From positions 27,455-91,454 of the forward strand of contig JBBCJI010000024.1 in the NCBI GenBank assembly GCA_037190845.1: a stretch of 64,000 bases of DNA, read 5' to 3'. The translations under genes and the position numbers were made by a program. This DNA is from Flavipsychrobacter sp. (GTDB taxonomy: Bacteria > Bacteroidota > Bacteroidia > Chitinophagales > Chitinophagaceae). The notes under the pieces were generated by a model. The model saw only the letters and a program-made list of their open reading frames with translations. It searched no databases and had not been told where the DNA came from. Positions 12,677 through 22,898 of the stretch are shown here, one piece after another; positions within the stretch are counted from its first letter, which is position 1; each line of letters opens with the position of its first letter.

Positions 12677-13042
12677 TTAAATCGATCGGCGAATACCATA
12701 AGGTTTTTTATGTGCTAAATCAGCGATAATGGTGGATTGATGTTTGAGTATCTCATCAACACCTGAAAAGCGCAGTTGTCGTGCGGACTGGACGTTTTTT
12801 GTTTGCTGCACCAGGAGCTTCTTCGGGTCTTTCAGCAAAGCACCCTGCATAAAGAGTAACGCGCAATATTCTTTGAAGCCGTGTATCAGTACGATGTTGC
12901 TGTTCTGGCGGGTGTAGCATGGGCAGCCCCATTTTAACGTTTCGGTTAATCCGCAGCTGAGTATGATTGCTCTTAGTCCCTGATAGGCTTCCTGCCATTT
13001 ACCCGATTTATTGAAAAACCAGTCTACGCCCGGGTTTGTCAT
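12677..13042 (-). CDS. DUF1801/YdhG-like domain protein
   Basis: MTNPGVDWFF...LRAIIL...KWGCPCY pattern. I used the internal Met to avoid overlap with the neighbouring gene. Confidence 0.55.
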   Translation of the reverse strand: MTNPGVDWFFNKSGKWQEAYQGLRAIILSCGLTETLKWGCPCYTRQNSNIVLIHGFKEYCALLFMQGALLKDPKKLLVQQTKNVQSARQLRFSGVDEILKHQSTIIADLAHKKPYGIRRSI

Positions 13043-13049
13043 TTCGGAT

Positions 13050-13430
13050 TTATTTAACGGTTGAAATTTTTCTGTCTGATGGCCTGAAATACCATGATAA
13101 TACAATTGCTGTCAGTAATATTAAAGAAGGTACGACTTCCGCGAATGTCTGTCCAACTGCTAGATGTGAGATGGCCGCGCCCGACATGACAAAGAAGAAT
13201 CCTGCATAGGCCCACTCTTTCAATAGTGGAAGTCTGGGAAGGACTATGGCGATTACGCCCAAGATTTTCCATACGCCGATGATGCTCAACAAATACAAGG
13301 GATATCCCAGTCCGGTAACGATTTCGTTGTAGCCGCCTGTTTGCAGCATTTGTTGTGTGCCTCCTGCCAACATTCCTATGGAAAGGAAAAAGGTTGCGGT
13401 CCAATAGATGATTTTGTTGCGCTTTTTCAT
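13050..13430 (-). CDS. DoxX-like family membrane protein (paralog)
   Basis: EWAYAGFFFVMSGAAISH motif and four TM helices. Confidence 0.7.
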   Translation of the reverse strand: MKKRNKIIYWTATFFLSIGMLAGGTQQMLQTGGYNEIVTGLGYPLYLLSIIGVWKILGVIAIVLPRLPLLKEWAYAGFFFVMSGAAISHLAVGQTFAEVVPSLILLTAIVLSWYFRPSDRKISTVK

Positions 13431-13436
13431 GGTTTG

Positions 13437-13919
13437 CTATTTCATTTTGTGAACGATCTCCTGAAGCTGGTTGTGTGCCCTGTTGATTCCCTGCGCAAAC
13501 GGCAGTTGCATCAGTTGGTTCCGGAATTCCACCGATTTAAACACGATGTGCATCGTGAGTTTACTGGTGTCGCCGGTTAATTCTTCGAATTCCAGGTATT
13601 CAAGCTGAACGGGAAACGGTGTGTTTTCCATTTCAAAGGTGCGGGTGATCTTTTTACCGGGGATAAACTCGTGTATGGTGCCGTTTGCCCGGAAGAGTAC
13701 GTTCCCGTTCCGGGATGTTTCAAAGGCGTAGCAACCGTGTTTTTTATTTTCCATTTTCAGGACTTTCGTTTCCATCCATTGCTCAAAAAGTTCCGGGTCT
13801 TCGTAAGCCTGAAACAGCAGCGCTACGGGTAGGTCAAATTCCCTGGTAATGATGATTTCCTGTTTTTCGTCTTCGGCATTTACTTTTGTTCTTTGTTCCA
13901 TGTTTGTCGGTTTTGTCAC
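13437..13919 (-). CDS. SRPBCC / AHSA1 (activator of Hsp90 ATPase homolog)-like protein
   Basis: 160 aa. It lies immediately downstream of an ArsR regulator, which is the common ArsR-AHSA1 pairing. Confidence 0.7.
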   Translation of the reverse strand: MTKPTNMEQRTKVNAEDEKQEIIITREFDLPVALLFQAYEDPELFEQWMETKVLKMENKKHGCYAFETSRNGNVLFRANGTIHEFIPGKKITRTFEMENTPFPVQLEYLEFEELTGDTSKLTMHIVFKSVEFRNQLMQLPFAQGINRAHNQLQEIVHKMK

Positions 13920-13938
13920 TGTGGTTTTACAGGTGTTA

Positions 13939-14268
13939 TTACTGCTTTTTGCTGTTTTTATGCTGCTTCATCACGGCTTCCAGTTTATTGAAGCGGTCAT
14001 CCCAGATTTTCCTGAAGGGTTCGATAAAGTCCGCCACATCTTTCATTTTCTTTGCGTTGATGTGGTAGTATATTTCTCTCCCGTTCTGCTCTTGTGTGAG
14101 CAGTTCGCATTCTGTAAGGATTTGCAGGTGTCTGGAAACCGTAGGGCGCGCTGTTTCGAAATTGGCCGCGATAGCGCCTGCCGTCATGGATTGCGTGGCC
14201 AGTAACAGCAGGATCGCCCGCCTGGAAGGGTCTGCGATGGCCTGGAAAACGTCCCGTCGTAAATTCAT
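13939..14268 (-). CDS. ArsR/SmtB family HTH transcriptional regulator
   Basis: [13 protein letters not shown]...TAGAIAANF...[10 protein letters not shown] is the canonical ArsR winged-HTH signature. Confidence 0.9.
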   Translation of the reverse strand: MNLRRDVFQAIADPSRRAILLLLATQSMTAGAIAANFETARPTVSRHLQILTECELLTQEQNGREIYYHINAKKMKDVADFIEPFRKIWDDRFNKLEAVMKQHKNSKKQ

Positions 14269-14485
14269 CGTGATGCTATTTGACTACAAATGTAATGTAG
14301 TTATTTGGCTACGCAATTTTTTCGTCATGTTTTTTTGCCTGGGGGAATTATTTTTTACATCCTGACATAGGGCTGTCACCAGGTGGGTTTAGTTTTGTGT
14401 GCATTAACCATTAGCCCAGGTAAGCATGAGGAATGCAGAAGACTTCTCATGGCGCCCGATCTGAAAAATTTAATAATATGGAGCA

Positions 14486-15067
14486 ATGCCCCAACAGGAA
14501 ATAGAAACATTTTGTCCCACAAGCCGGGCTGAGTGGCGAAAATGGCTGATGAAAAATCATCAGTCCAAACACGCTGTCTGGCTTATTTATCACAGGGCAT
14601 CCGCGGAAGTCGCGTCCCTTAGCTGGAGTGAAGCCGTCGATGAAGCGCTGTGCTTCGGATGGATCGACAGTACCAGAAAGACGATCGACAAGGAGAGGTT
14701 TATGCAGTATTTCAGCAGAAGAAAGCCGAACAGCACCTGGTCGAGGATCAACAAAGACAAAGTGGCGCGACTGATTCAGGAGGAGCTGATGAAAAAGGCA
14801 GGCCTTGACAGTATAGAGATCGCCCAACAGAACGGAACATGGTCTCTGATGGATGATGTGGAGGATCTGATTATCCCCGGGGATTTAAGCATTGCATTGA
14901 ATGAACATGAAAATGCAATGGCATTTTTTCAGCAGCAGTCAAAGTCAACAAAAAAGCTAATGTTGCATTGGGTGGCAAGCGCCAAAAGGGAAGAAACAAG
15001 AAAGAAGAGAATTGCGGAAATAGCTGCATCGGCTATCCTGAGAAAGAGGCCCGATCAGTTTAGGTAA
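14486..15067 (+). CDS. YdeI/OmpD-associated family protein
   Basis: WRKWLMKNH...AVWLIYH...SWSEAVDEALCFGWIDS signature. Confidence 0.75.
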   Translation: MPQQEIETFCPTSRAEWRKWLMKNHQSKHAVWLIYHRASAEVASLSWSEAVDEALCFGWIDSTRKTIDKERFMQYFSRRKPNSTWSRINKDKVARLIQEELMKKAGLDSIEIAQQNGTWSLMDDVEDLIIPGDLSIALNEHENAMAFFQQQSKSTKKLMLHWVASAKREETRKKRIAEIAASAILRKRPDQFR

Positions 15068-15505
15068 AGTGATATGTAATGAAGTTGTTTTATGAATGGT
15101 CTGCATGCCGGTGATAAAATCAGACTTTATACGCCGAGAGCGTGATAAATCAGCAGTGAGATTTTTGATTTACGGCGATGAAATACCTTTAAAACTTGTC
15201 TGCTTATTCCTGCCTATTTTGAAGGGAAAAACAACATTTTCAATGCTATTTTGAATTAAAGGATGGTAATAAAAATGTCCCTGAATTAATAGGTTTGGAA
15301 AATTTTGCTTCAGGAGGCTCCGCAAGAGGCATTAAATGACGATCATTGAGCCCGGAGTTTGGAGGGAAGAAATGAATATTGTGAAAAACGTATGAAGCCT
15401 TGAATTGTCCAATCGATTTTATTCTGCCAAAAAATCAGTAAAAAGGCGTATATTCTGTTCTGTAATATATCGGGAGATTTGTGGCGTGGATCAAAGCCTA
15501 TTACC

Positions 15506-16537
15506 ATGAGGACACTGATACAACTACTGATACTAACGTTCCTTAGCGGAACCACATTTGCCCAGAGAGCCATAAAGGTGACGGATATAAATCCTTCCGG
15601 ATATGCCATCCCTTCTTCCATCTATGTAATGAACGACCGGCTTCATTTTACCGTCAATGCGGGCGCCAGCGGAGTGAGCGGGTTATGGTCCGTAGATGCG
15701 TCGAAAACGCTGAGGCTCATCGCTACCGACATTGCCTTCTACAGTTTGCTGACTGTAGCCGGGGATAAGTTGTTCTTCAGGGGCTTTGCGCGGCCGGGAG
15801 ATATCAACAATATTGAACCCTGGGTTTCGGACGGGACGCAGGCAGGCACCAGGCAGCTAAAAGATATATTCCCGGGTAAGAACGGCTCCGGCCAGGGGCA
15901 GCTTTTCCCTTACAAGAACCAGATCGTTTTTGCTGCCGACGACGGTGTGCATGGTATAGAGCCCTGGATCTCTGATGGTACCACTGCCGGAACCCGGCTA
16001 TTGAAAAATATCAGCGCCGGAGCCAGCAGTAATCCTTCCAGCTTTCTGATCTTCAATGAGCTGTTGTATTTCTGGGTCAATAACGATGATGGGAGCTATG
16101 ACCTGTACCGGACTGATGGTACAGAGGAACATACCGAGGCTGTGGTTACGGGTGTGAAGGACGTAAGCCCTTTGACCTCGTTTGTTTACAAGAACACGAT
16201 TTATTTCCTCGCAGATGAGGGCGAGCTGCATTATGTGGATTTTCAGACAAATAGTATTGCTGAGACGGGCAGGGGAGTGAATCCAACCGCTGTTTTTCCC
16301 AATCCGGTAGATAATCATGTCATGCTCAGCTACGAACTGAAGAAGAACAGCCCGGTAACTATCCGGCTGTCTAATCTTGAAGGGAAGTTTGTAACGGAAG
16401 CGTTGTTCAGCGGGATTCAGTCTGTGGGAAAACATAAGCTAAGGGTTGAATTACCTCCCGGTCTTTCGGCTGGTGTGTACTTTCTGAATATTTTGACCAA
16501 AAGCGGAAATGAAGCGGTGAAGCTGGAGGTCCGGTAA
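15506..16537 (+). CDS. Secreted ELWxxDGT-repeat protein with T9SS C-terminal sorting domain
   Basis: Signal peptide, repeats IEPWVSDGTQAGT and IEPWISDGTTAGT, and a C-terminal ...AVFPNPVDNHVMLSYEL...GVYFLNILTKSG...KLEV type-A T9SS CTD. Confidence 0.8.
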   Translation: MRTLIQLLILTFLSGTTFAQRAIKVTDINPSGYAIPSSIYVMNDRLHFTVNAGASGVSGLWSVDASKTLRLIATDIAFYSLLTVAGDKLFFRGFARPGDINNIEPWVSDGTQAGTRQLKDIFPGKNGSGQGQLFPYKNQIVFAADDGVHGIEPWISDGTTAGTRLLKNISAGASSNPSSFLIFNELLYFWVNNDDGSYDLYRTDGTEEHTEAVVTGVKDVSPLTSFVYKNTIYFLADEGELHYVDFQTNSIAETGRGVNPTAVFPNPVDNHVMLSYELKKNSPVTIRLSNLEGKFVTEALFSGIQSVGKHKLRVELPPGLSAGVYFLNILTKSGNEAVKLEVR

Positions 16538-16630
16538 ACATGATCATCACAAATACTCCCAGTTGATGAGTGTCTTTCTGAAGGTACTGGACAGCAGGGG
16601 GAGCAAAAAAAAAATCTTAAATCTATTGGT

Positions 16631-17128
16631 ATGAAAAAAATAAACTTGATTCTAATCTTATTATCCTGCACGGCATCAGTACATGCACAGACTTTGGAAC
16701 GGCAGGTGATCGGGTCTTCCGGTGGTAGTTTCAGCAGTGGAACGCTGCAGGTTGACCACACAACCGGAGAAATGGCAATTGGGTCGGCAACAACCGGCAC
16801 ATTTACGGTTTCTCAGGGTTTTCATCAGGCGATGTTGTTCCGGACTTCTATAGCCGACAAAACGATGGATGTCCGTTTTTCTTTGTTTCCCAATCCGGCT
16901 ACAGATCAAATAACGCTGGCTTTACAAGCGGCACAACCGTTTGAGCTCCGGCTTTCGCTCACGACGGCTACGGGGCAGGTGGTGTTTGCAGATCAGGATG
17001 CAGAAGTGGCCAATGAAAATTACAAGCGTGTCATCCCAACTAAATCGTTGGCTGCCGGAGTGTATTTCCTGAATCTGCATGACCCGGTTCAGGGAGTCAT
17101 TCGGCATATTCAGTTTGTGAAGCAATAA
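16631..17128 (+). CDS. Small secreted protein with T9SS C-terminal sorting domain
   Basis: Signal peptide plus C-terminal SLFPNPATDQITL...GVYFLNLHDP. Confidence 0.75.
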   Translation: MKKINLILILLSCTASVHAQTLERQVIGSSGGSFSSGTLQVDHTTGEMAIGSATTGTFTVSQGFHQAMLFRTSIADKTMDVRFSLFPNPATDQITLALQAAQPFELRLSLTTATGQVVFADQDAEVANENYKRVIPTKSLAAGVYFLNLHDPVQGVIRHIQFVKQ

Positions 17129-17180
17129 ATTCCCTTCCACCATCAATCCATATTTTAAAACAATTTCAAAAGCAAATACC

Positions 17181-18329
17181 ATGAAAAAGATCTTATACTG
17201 CATATGCGCCGGTATTTTATGCGCTGTTGGAGCTTACGCGCAAGCTCCCAATTTGTTTAACTATCAGGCCGCCGTCCGCAATGGCTCTGGTGGGGTGCTT
17301 GCCTCTACGGATGTGCCGGTACGGTTTACCATACGTGATGCAGATCCGACAGGCGCTGTTTTGTATCAGGAAACGAATACGGTTACAACGAATGCTCAAG
17401 GCATATTCAACACGGCTATAGGTAGCGGCACGGTGGTCGCGGGTAGTCTTAGCAGCCTGAACTGGTCAGCGGGAAAAAGATTCCTTGAAGTGGAAGTGGA
17501 TGCGGGTAGCGGGCTGGTTAGTATTGGTACGCAGCAACTGCTCAGCGTGCCTTACGCGCAGCTCACGAAAAACGTACAACCTTCCGATGGTAACGGATCG
17601 GGACTTTCAGGATCAGCCGCTTCGAGTTTATGGTGGGGGTTTTATGAAGCAGGGGAATACCGGGGTTATCTGGGAAGTTATGCGGGTAAGAACGAGGATG
17701 TTGATTTTGGTACCGGAGGTGGTAATAATGTTGGGAGTGTGCATCTGACTATCAGTGCAATACCCAAATTGACGGTTGACTCTATCGGGAATGTAGGGGT
17801 CGGTACACGGTTTCCCCAATATCGCTTCCAGGTAAATGGTGTTACAGGGGGATTTGTAGATGCAGGTATTCGTATGCAAAATACGTCGTCAAATACCGGC
17901 TGGAGTTTTTACCCATCCAGTACGGGCGATATGATTATTGGCACCACAAGCAATCGGGGGCAGTTTAACGGCACCACAGGAGCCTATACGTCATCGTCTG
18001 ACGAACGTCTGAAATCAGATATCCGTCCGCTGGAATCCATTTTGCCCCGGGTGCTGGATCTGCAGGTGCGCCGTTATTCTTTTAAACACAGTGAAAACAG
18101 TGAAAGTATCGGCGTTATTGCACAGGATCTGAGAAAGAGTTTCCCGGAATATGTTTCAGAAAACACAGGCGATGAAGGCAATCCGCTGGTACCAAATCAG
18201 CTTTTTGTGGATTATGCAGGGTTAAGTGTGCTGGCTATCAAAGCCATTCAGGAACAGCAGGTACTCATTCAGCAACTGATGGATAAAAACAAAGCACTCG
18301 AAGCTGCTATTGAAGAGTTGAAAAAATAG
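17181..18329 (+). CDS. Secreted tail-fiber-like protein with C-terminal intramolecular-chaperone (peptidase S74) domain
   Basis: Signal peptide, a Gly/Ser-rich beta region, then SSSDERLKSDIRPL...GVIAQDL...VDYAGLSVLAIKAIQEQQ...L coiled-coil end, typical of the auto-processing chaperone domain of tail fibers and endosialidases. Confidence 0.65.
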   Translation: MKKILYCICAGILCAVGAYAQAPNLFNYQAAVRNGSGGVLASTDVPVRFTIRDADPTGAVLYQETNTVTTNAQGIFNTAIGSGTVVAGSLSSLNWSAGKRFLEVEVDAGSGLVSIGTQQLLSVPYAQLTKNVQPSDGNGSGLSGSAASSLWWGFYEAGEYRGYLGSYAGKNEDVDFGTGGGNNVGSVHLTISAIPKLTVDSIGNVGVGTRFPQYRFQVNGVTGGFVDAGIRMQNTSSNTGWSFYPSSTGDMIIGTTSNRGQFNGTTGAYTSSSDERLKSDIRPLESILPRVLDLQVRRYSFKHSENSESIGVIAQDLRKSFPEYVSENTGDEGNPLVPNQLFVDYAGLSVLAIKAIQEQQVLIQQLMDKNKALEAAIEELKK

Positions 18330-18376
18330 GATGGTTTAGTTTATAGCGCTGGGGAGATCTTCTTTATATCATCTTA

Positions 18377-18401
18377 CCGCCTCCATGTGAGGCGGTTTTT
18401 T
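18377..18401 (+). terminator. Rho-independent terminator (CCGCCTC-catgt-GAGGCGG + T6)
   Basis: Perfect 7-bp GC-rich stem, 5-nt loop and T-run 48 nt after the stop at 18329. Confidence 0.8.
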
Positions 18402-18599
18402 AATGGCCTTTTGGATTGTGAGTTTATGCAGATAGTGGATTTGATGTGTGCCCATGGTTTTGCCTTGTTCGGCTATTATAGATGAGGCTGCAGTTGATCG
18501 TTATTTCATTCACTATTGCTTTTTTTGAAATAACAATCATTGTTAGGTGCATGTTGTACATCGGCCAGCCTGCTGCAAAAGCCGTGTGACAGGCAGTGC

Positions 18600-18890
18600 T
18601 TATCGTTCTTCCGGTTTTATGTCTTTGTATTTCTCAAGCGTTTCTTTAAATTTCTCTTTGTCAATTGGTCGCAAGATAGTTTTACTACTTGCCGGATATT
18701 TTTCTAAAAGGCGTGTTGGTCTTGTCGGTCGTTTTTCCAGCTCGCCACCACAATTGGGACAAACATTGTGAAGCACATTTGTAACGCAGTCAATGCAAAA
18801 AGTGCATTCAAAAGTGCAGATCATGGCCTCTCCACTTTCGTTGGGTAGAGATCTTCCGCAATTTTCACAATTTTGTCTGATTTCAAGCAT
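18600..18890 (-). CDS. DUF1272-type Cys-rich zinc-ribbon protein
   Basis: CENCGRSL...CTFECTFCIDC...CPNCGGEL cysteine pattern. Confidence 0.65.
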   Translation of the reverse strand: MLEIRQNCENCGRSLPNESGEAMICTFECTFCIDCVTNVLHNVCPNCGGELEKRPTRPTRLLEKYPASSKTILRPIDKEKFKETLEKYKDIKPEER

Positions 18891-18965
18891 TCTGAGTGAT
18901 ACAAGTTAGATTGTGATGAATAGGAACATTGTAAGAGTTCGCTATGAAGCAAACCCACTACAGAA

Positions 18966-19346
18966 TCAGGGTAATTGCATAAAACTGGCTCCGATAACTT
19001 TCAATGTGTCATCAAAGCGTTTCCAAACTCTAAAGTATCTAAATTTTCCTTCTAATGGTGTTCCCATCATTTTTCCTTTGGCAGTCATTGTAACGATTGA
19101 AAGTGTGGTGTCGCCCATTATTCTAATGTCGTCAATTTCTGTGGAAGCGTCTTCAATAATCATTGTTTTCGCTTTATGTGCGTTCAGGTCCATTTCTTTG
19201 GTTAGCAATTGTCCTGTCGGTGCAACTGCAACCAAATCATCGTGCAATAGTTGGTCAAGCAGGTCCACATTGCTTACAATCTGAGCCGAAAAGAGTTTGT
19301 TTTCCGCTTCAACGACATGTTCTCTGGTAATTGTTGTGTTGTCCAT
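18966..19346 (-). CDS. NTF2-like (SnoaL/DUF4440-type) protein
   Basis: 126 aa with an alpha+beta cone-like pattern. Recognition is weak. Confidence 0.55.
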   Translation of the reverse strand: MDNTTITREHVVEAENKLFSAQIVSNVDLLDQLLHDDLVAVAPTGQLLTKEMDLNAHKAKTMIIEDASTEIDDIRIMGDTTLSIVTMTAKGKMMGTPLEGKFRYFRVWKRFDDTLKVIGASFMQLP

Positions 19347-19678
19347 ATGCTGATTTTTTTTTGTCGTTTTGTGAATCGTTACAACTGTGTTGGATGTTTG
19401 TTTGTCCCTGATGATTTTCTCAAATTTATGTCAAAGTCTGATACGAATTCATCAGCGGGAAGTTCATCGTCGATGGCTTTACAAATTGTCGGGATTGGGA
19501 TGCTCCTCTGACATTTCCTGTAACTTGTGCTTGCCTGTTACCTGCATATGCTTACTGTTGATCTTCGCTTGTCTCATTAATTTTAGCAAATGCAAATATG
19601 AGGAGGATGTTATTGTGCCATCGCTATTTGTTGCTCTTTCTGTCTTTGCCGGGAAATGATAAGTGCATAAAAGTGTGC

Positions 19679-20590
19679 TTAATCAAACGACTGTCTGTAC
19701 TCCAATGGAGCATGGCCGGTTTTGCGTTTAAACAACTTGCTGAACGATTGTGCATGTTCGAACCCCAAACGGAACGCAATTTCACTGACCGATAAATCCG
19801 TAACCGATAAATCTTCTTTTGCTTTTTCTATCAGCTTGTCCTGAATATGCTGTTGGGTGTTCTTCCCGGTATGTTTCCGTAGCATATCGCTCAGGTAATG
19901 CGATGATACATTCAGCAGGTCAGCAAAATACCGGACATTAGGGAGTCCGTTCGTTTCTGCCTGCCCGGTCATAAAATAGCCGGATAGCAAATCTTCAAAT
20001 TGGGATACTAAGGTTTGGTTGGCGTTTTTGCGGGTAATGAATTGTCTGCCGTAATAACGATTGGTATAGTTCAGCAACAGCGCTAACTGGGAGATCATGA
20101 CATCCTGGCTGTGTACGTCAATGGAGGTGTTATACTCTTGTGCAATGTTGTGAAAAATGCTTTCCATCAAAGCTTCTTCCTGAGCTGATAAATGCAGGGC
20201 CTCGTTCACATGGTAAGAGAAGAAGCCATACTTATTGATCGACTTTGTAAGCGGATAACCCTGTATGAAATCAGGGTGGAAAATCAACCACCATCCCTGT
20301 GCTTCATACTGATCCTGTATAGACATAAGTTGTCCCGGGGCAGTCATGCCCAGTACGCCTTCGTCAAAATCATAATGACTTTGACCATACTTTAATTTGC
20401 CGGTAATGTTTTTCTTTAAAAAAATGCTGTACAGGTTTAAAACGGCTTTGGCATCCACTAAGCCGTCAGGCACCGAAAGTTCCGAAAAACGGATAAGGCT
20501 CACCATCGGATGCAAAGGCTTGGCTATACCTGCAATGCGGTGCAGTTCAGATATGCTGTTGATCGTTATGGGCTTTAAGCTGTTTTTCAC
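19679..20590 (-). CDS. AraC-family transcriptional regulator
   Basis: C-terminal double HTH (...SEIAFRLGFEHAQSFSKLFKRKTGHAPLEYRQ). Confidence 0.9.
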   Translation of the reverse strand: MKNSLKPITINSISELHRIAGIAKPLHPMVSLIRFSELSVPDGLVDAKAVLNLYSIFLKKNITGKLKYGQSHYDFDEGVLGMTAPGQLMSIQDQYEAQGWWLIFHPDFIQGYPLTKSINKYGFFSYHVNEALHLSAQEEALMESIFHNIAQEYNTSIDVHSQDVMISQLALLLNYTNRYYGRQFITRKNANQTLVSQFEDLLSGYFMTGQAETNGLPNVRYFADLLNVSSHYLSDMLRKHTGKNTQQHIQDKLIEKAKEDLSVTDLSVSEIAFRLGFEHAQSFSKLFKRKTGHAPLEYRQSFD

Positions 20591-20614
20591 GTTTCAAATG
20601 TATCGAAGATCCGG

Positions 20615-21184
20615 TTAAAAAGACATTTTGTACGATGAGCTGTCATCTCTTTCCATTACCCAAAAGTAAGGTTGATCCACTCCTTTCAAATCCATACAAC
20701 CCAATACCGTGTTTTCATCTATTTGTGCAAAATGATCGTAAATAGCCTTGTCGTCATAGATCATAGTCGCTGTTACCTTGCCCCGGTGTTCTACCATTCG
20801 TAAACGGGCTTTTGACTTCCTGGTTTGTAAAAACGGACGAGCCAGTTTCATCAATATGCCCAGGAAACCTGTTTTAGGGAACTTCATATTCAAGGGAATG
20901 TGTTTAGGATTCACCGCATACAGTTCCTTTTTGTTTTTCCCGAAAAAGACAAGCGGATGTACCTCCTCTGTATCGATGAATATTTTCCCATACCAGCCTG
21001 AAGGCACAAGCAGCCCATCCATCTGATGTCCGGTCGCGATTTCATACCCTTTCCAGCGACCTATCATAAAGTCTGTTGTTGCTGGTGGTAATGCGTCATA
21101 AACCTGCAGCGCCTCAGCAGTGCTTGCCTTTCTTGTTTTCAGTATTGCTTCTATGTTTGTCATAATCGCTGTTTGATATAACAA
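20615..21184 (-). CDS. DUF4334/GXWXG-domain protein
   Basis: GRWKGYEI...SGWYGKIF pattern. Confidence 0.55.
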   Translation of the reverse strand: MLYQTAIMTNIEAILKTRKASTAEALQVYDALPPATTDFMIGRWKGYEIATGHQMDGLLVPSGWYGKIFIDTEEVHPLVFFGKNKKELYAVNPKHIPLNMKFPKTGFLGILMKLARPFLQTRKSKARLRMVEHRGKVTATMIYDDKAIYDHFAQIDENTVLGCMDLKGVDQPYFWVMERDDSSSYKMSF

Positions 21185-21349
21185 AATTAGCTACCCCCTT
21201 TTTCTTTGAGGTAGCCGAATCGGGGTTTGTTGTAGCCCAAATGAAGACATATTCCAACTGTGATTTTGGCTATAACCAAGGAAGTTCTAAGGTCCTTATG
21301 CAAGGAGAGTCTATTATCTGACCTTCAGGGAAATACGATGTGTAGACAT

Positions 21350-21838
21350 TTATTCAATCTTTCGTAGCTGATCGTCGTAAAGGCCCACCAGCAGGCTGTT
21401 CCCGGATTTGTCAATTCTGACGCCTCCGTATTTTGCGCTTTCATAGCGTTCGGCATGGCCTTCCTGGAAAAAATAGGATTCGGCGCCGATGTTTATATTC
21501 CATCTGTTAGAAGCGGTATACTCAATCAGGTGTTCGCCTTCGTGCAGGGGGGTGTGTTCTTTTTGAAACCTTACTTTGCCTGCTCTGCCACGTTCGTCAA
21601 TTTTCACTACGCAATAGCCACGTTTAGGCAGGCTGGGGTAGTCGATGTCCTCTGATATTTTGTAACGAAGCGTCATGTAGTCGCCCTGCATCAATGAACG
21701 GGGATCAGCCGGAGCCAGCTCCAGCAATACCAGTTGTCCGTCCTTCAGTAACGCTTCTTTCTTAAAGACCGAATAATTAAAATAGATCAGTAATAAAAGC
21801 AGGTTGACGAGTATGATGATCCATTTATACGTTTTCAT
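21350..21838 (-). CDS. GDYXXLXY-domain protein (N-terminal membrane anchor)
   Basis: QGDYMTLRY motif and an N-terminal TM helix. Confidence 0.75.
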   Translation of the reverse strand: MKTYKWIIILVNLLLLLIYFNYSVFKKEALLKDGQLVLLELAPADPRSLMQGDYMTLRYKISEDIDYPSLPKRGYCVVKIDERGRAGKVRFQKEHTPLHEGEHLIEYTASNRWNINIGAESYFFQEGHAERYESAKYGGVRIDKSGNSLLVGLYDDQLRKIE

Positions 21839-22898
21839 CCGGCATTAGTTTTTTATGGGTGTACAGGTATATGATTAAGAAAAGAAGGCCTGTTGCCCCT
21901 AAGAGCATGGACTTGGTGAGCAGGGTGAAGCTCAGGTCATAGTAGTAATGACAAACGGCATAAATAAAGGTGAGTACACCCAGCACGAATCCCGTTTTGT
22001 AGTTTCGTAAAAAGCTCAGCAGCATGACCAGCAAAGCGCCCGATATGGCAGGCGAGGGGACGGTGGGTAATAGCGAAAGCACCACAAACAGGTAGATCAT
22101 GATTTTATGTCCTGTTGTGGTTATCTCCAAAATGCCCGACAGTTCGGGTGTCAGCCGGAGGATGGCGGCAATCATTATTACAGCGCAAAGCCAAAAATAT
22201 GCTGGCGACACGGGGTAGATGCCGGATTGGCTGGTGAGGATTAATGCAGATAGCAGGGCGCAGACCAACCCTGCACGCACCGGATCATAGCTCCCTGCAC
22301 GCTTCCTTATCTTAGTGATTATCCGGGCTTCCTTAAACAGGAAGTAGGTGGTAGCCAGAGCAAGAACAGCGGTGTATATCGGGATAAGATTGTAGGCATT
22401 GTTGCATATAAGCAGTGTTATAATACTGCCGTTTAGGATCAGCACGGAGACGAATGACAATATGTAATTGCGGGTAAGGATGAGTGAGATACAAGAAAGC
22501 ATGATGAACACGGAGCAAATAATACTTTCGTTTGTATCCAATTCAGCGAGACCTACTCCAAGCAGCGTGAACCCCATGAGGAAGGCCGACACGCGTATCG
22601 TGTCCATGATTATTTTGTCTTGCTTTTGATTCATCCAGAGCGAGCCGATGATGGATATGATCCCTAATCCCAGCAGCACTTCTTCGGATTTGGCTATCCC
22701 TGAAACGAAAAGGAATCCGGTAAAAGCCAGACTGGCTAACAGGCCGCCGAAGATGGAAAGGATTTTTATAGCCAGCGACTGGCTGCTTTTGTTTTTCTGA
22801 TAGGCAGCCAGAATCGCCTCTTCATCAAACTCCATTGTTTGATCTCCTGCATGCCGGAAGTGCGTCAGTAGCTCAGTTACCTGTTCTTTCGTTTTCAT
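21825..22898 (-). CDS. Polytopic membrane protein, DUF4401-like
   Basis: At least 8 TM helices. It overlaps its neighbours by 14-26 nt, consistent with an operon, and sits between a DUF2157-like gene and the GDYXXLXY gene. Confidence 0.6.
   Translation of the reverse strand: MKTKEQVTELLTHFRHAGDQTMEFDEEAILAAYQKNKSSQSLAIKILSIFGGLLASLAFTGFLFVSGIAKSEEVLLGLGIISIIGSLWMNQKQDKIIMDTIRVSAFLMGFTLLGVGLAELDTNESIICSVFIMLSCISLILTRNYILSFVSVLILNGSIITLLICNNAYNLIPIYTAVLALATTYFLFKEARIITKIRKRAGSYDPVRAGLVCALLSALILTSQSGIYPVSPAYFWLCAVIMIAAILRLTPELSGILEITTTGHKIMIYLFVVLSLLPTVPSPAISGALLVMLLSFLRNYKTGFVLGVLTFIYAVCHYYYDLSFTLLTKSMLLGATGLLFLIIYLYTHKKLMPDENV

Noticed and set aside
12263-12718. 151-aa plus-strand ORF overlapping the DoxX gene in another frame
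   Set aside because: The DoxX frame has clear TM helices and family motifs. The alternative frame is Arg/Gly-rich with no features.
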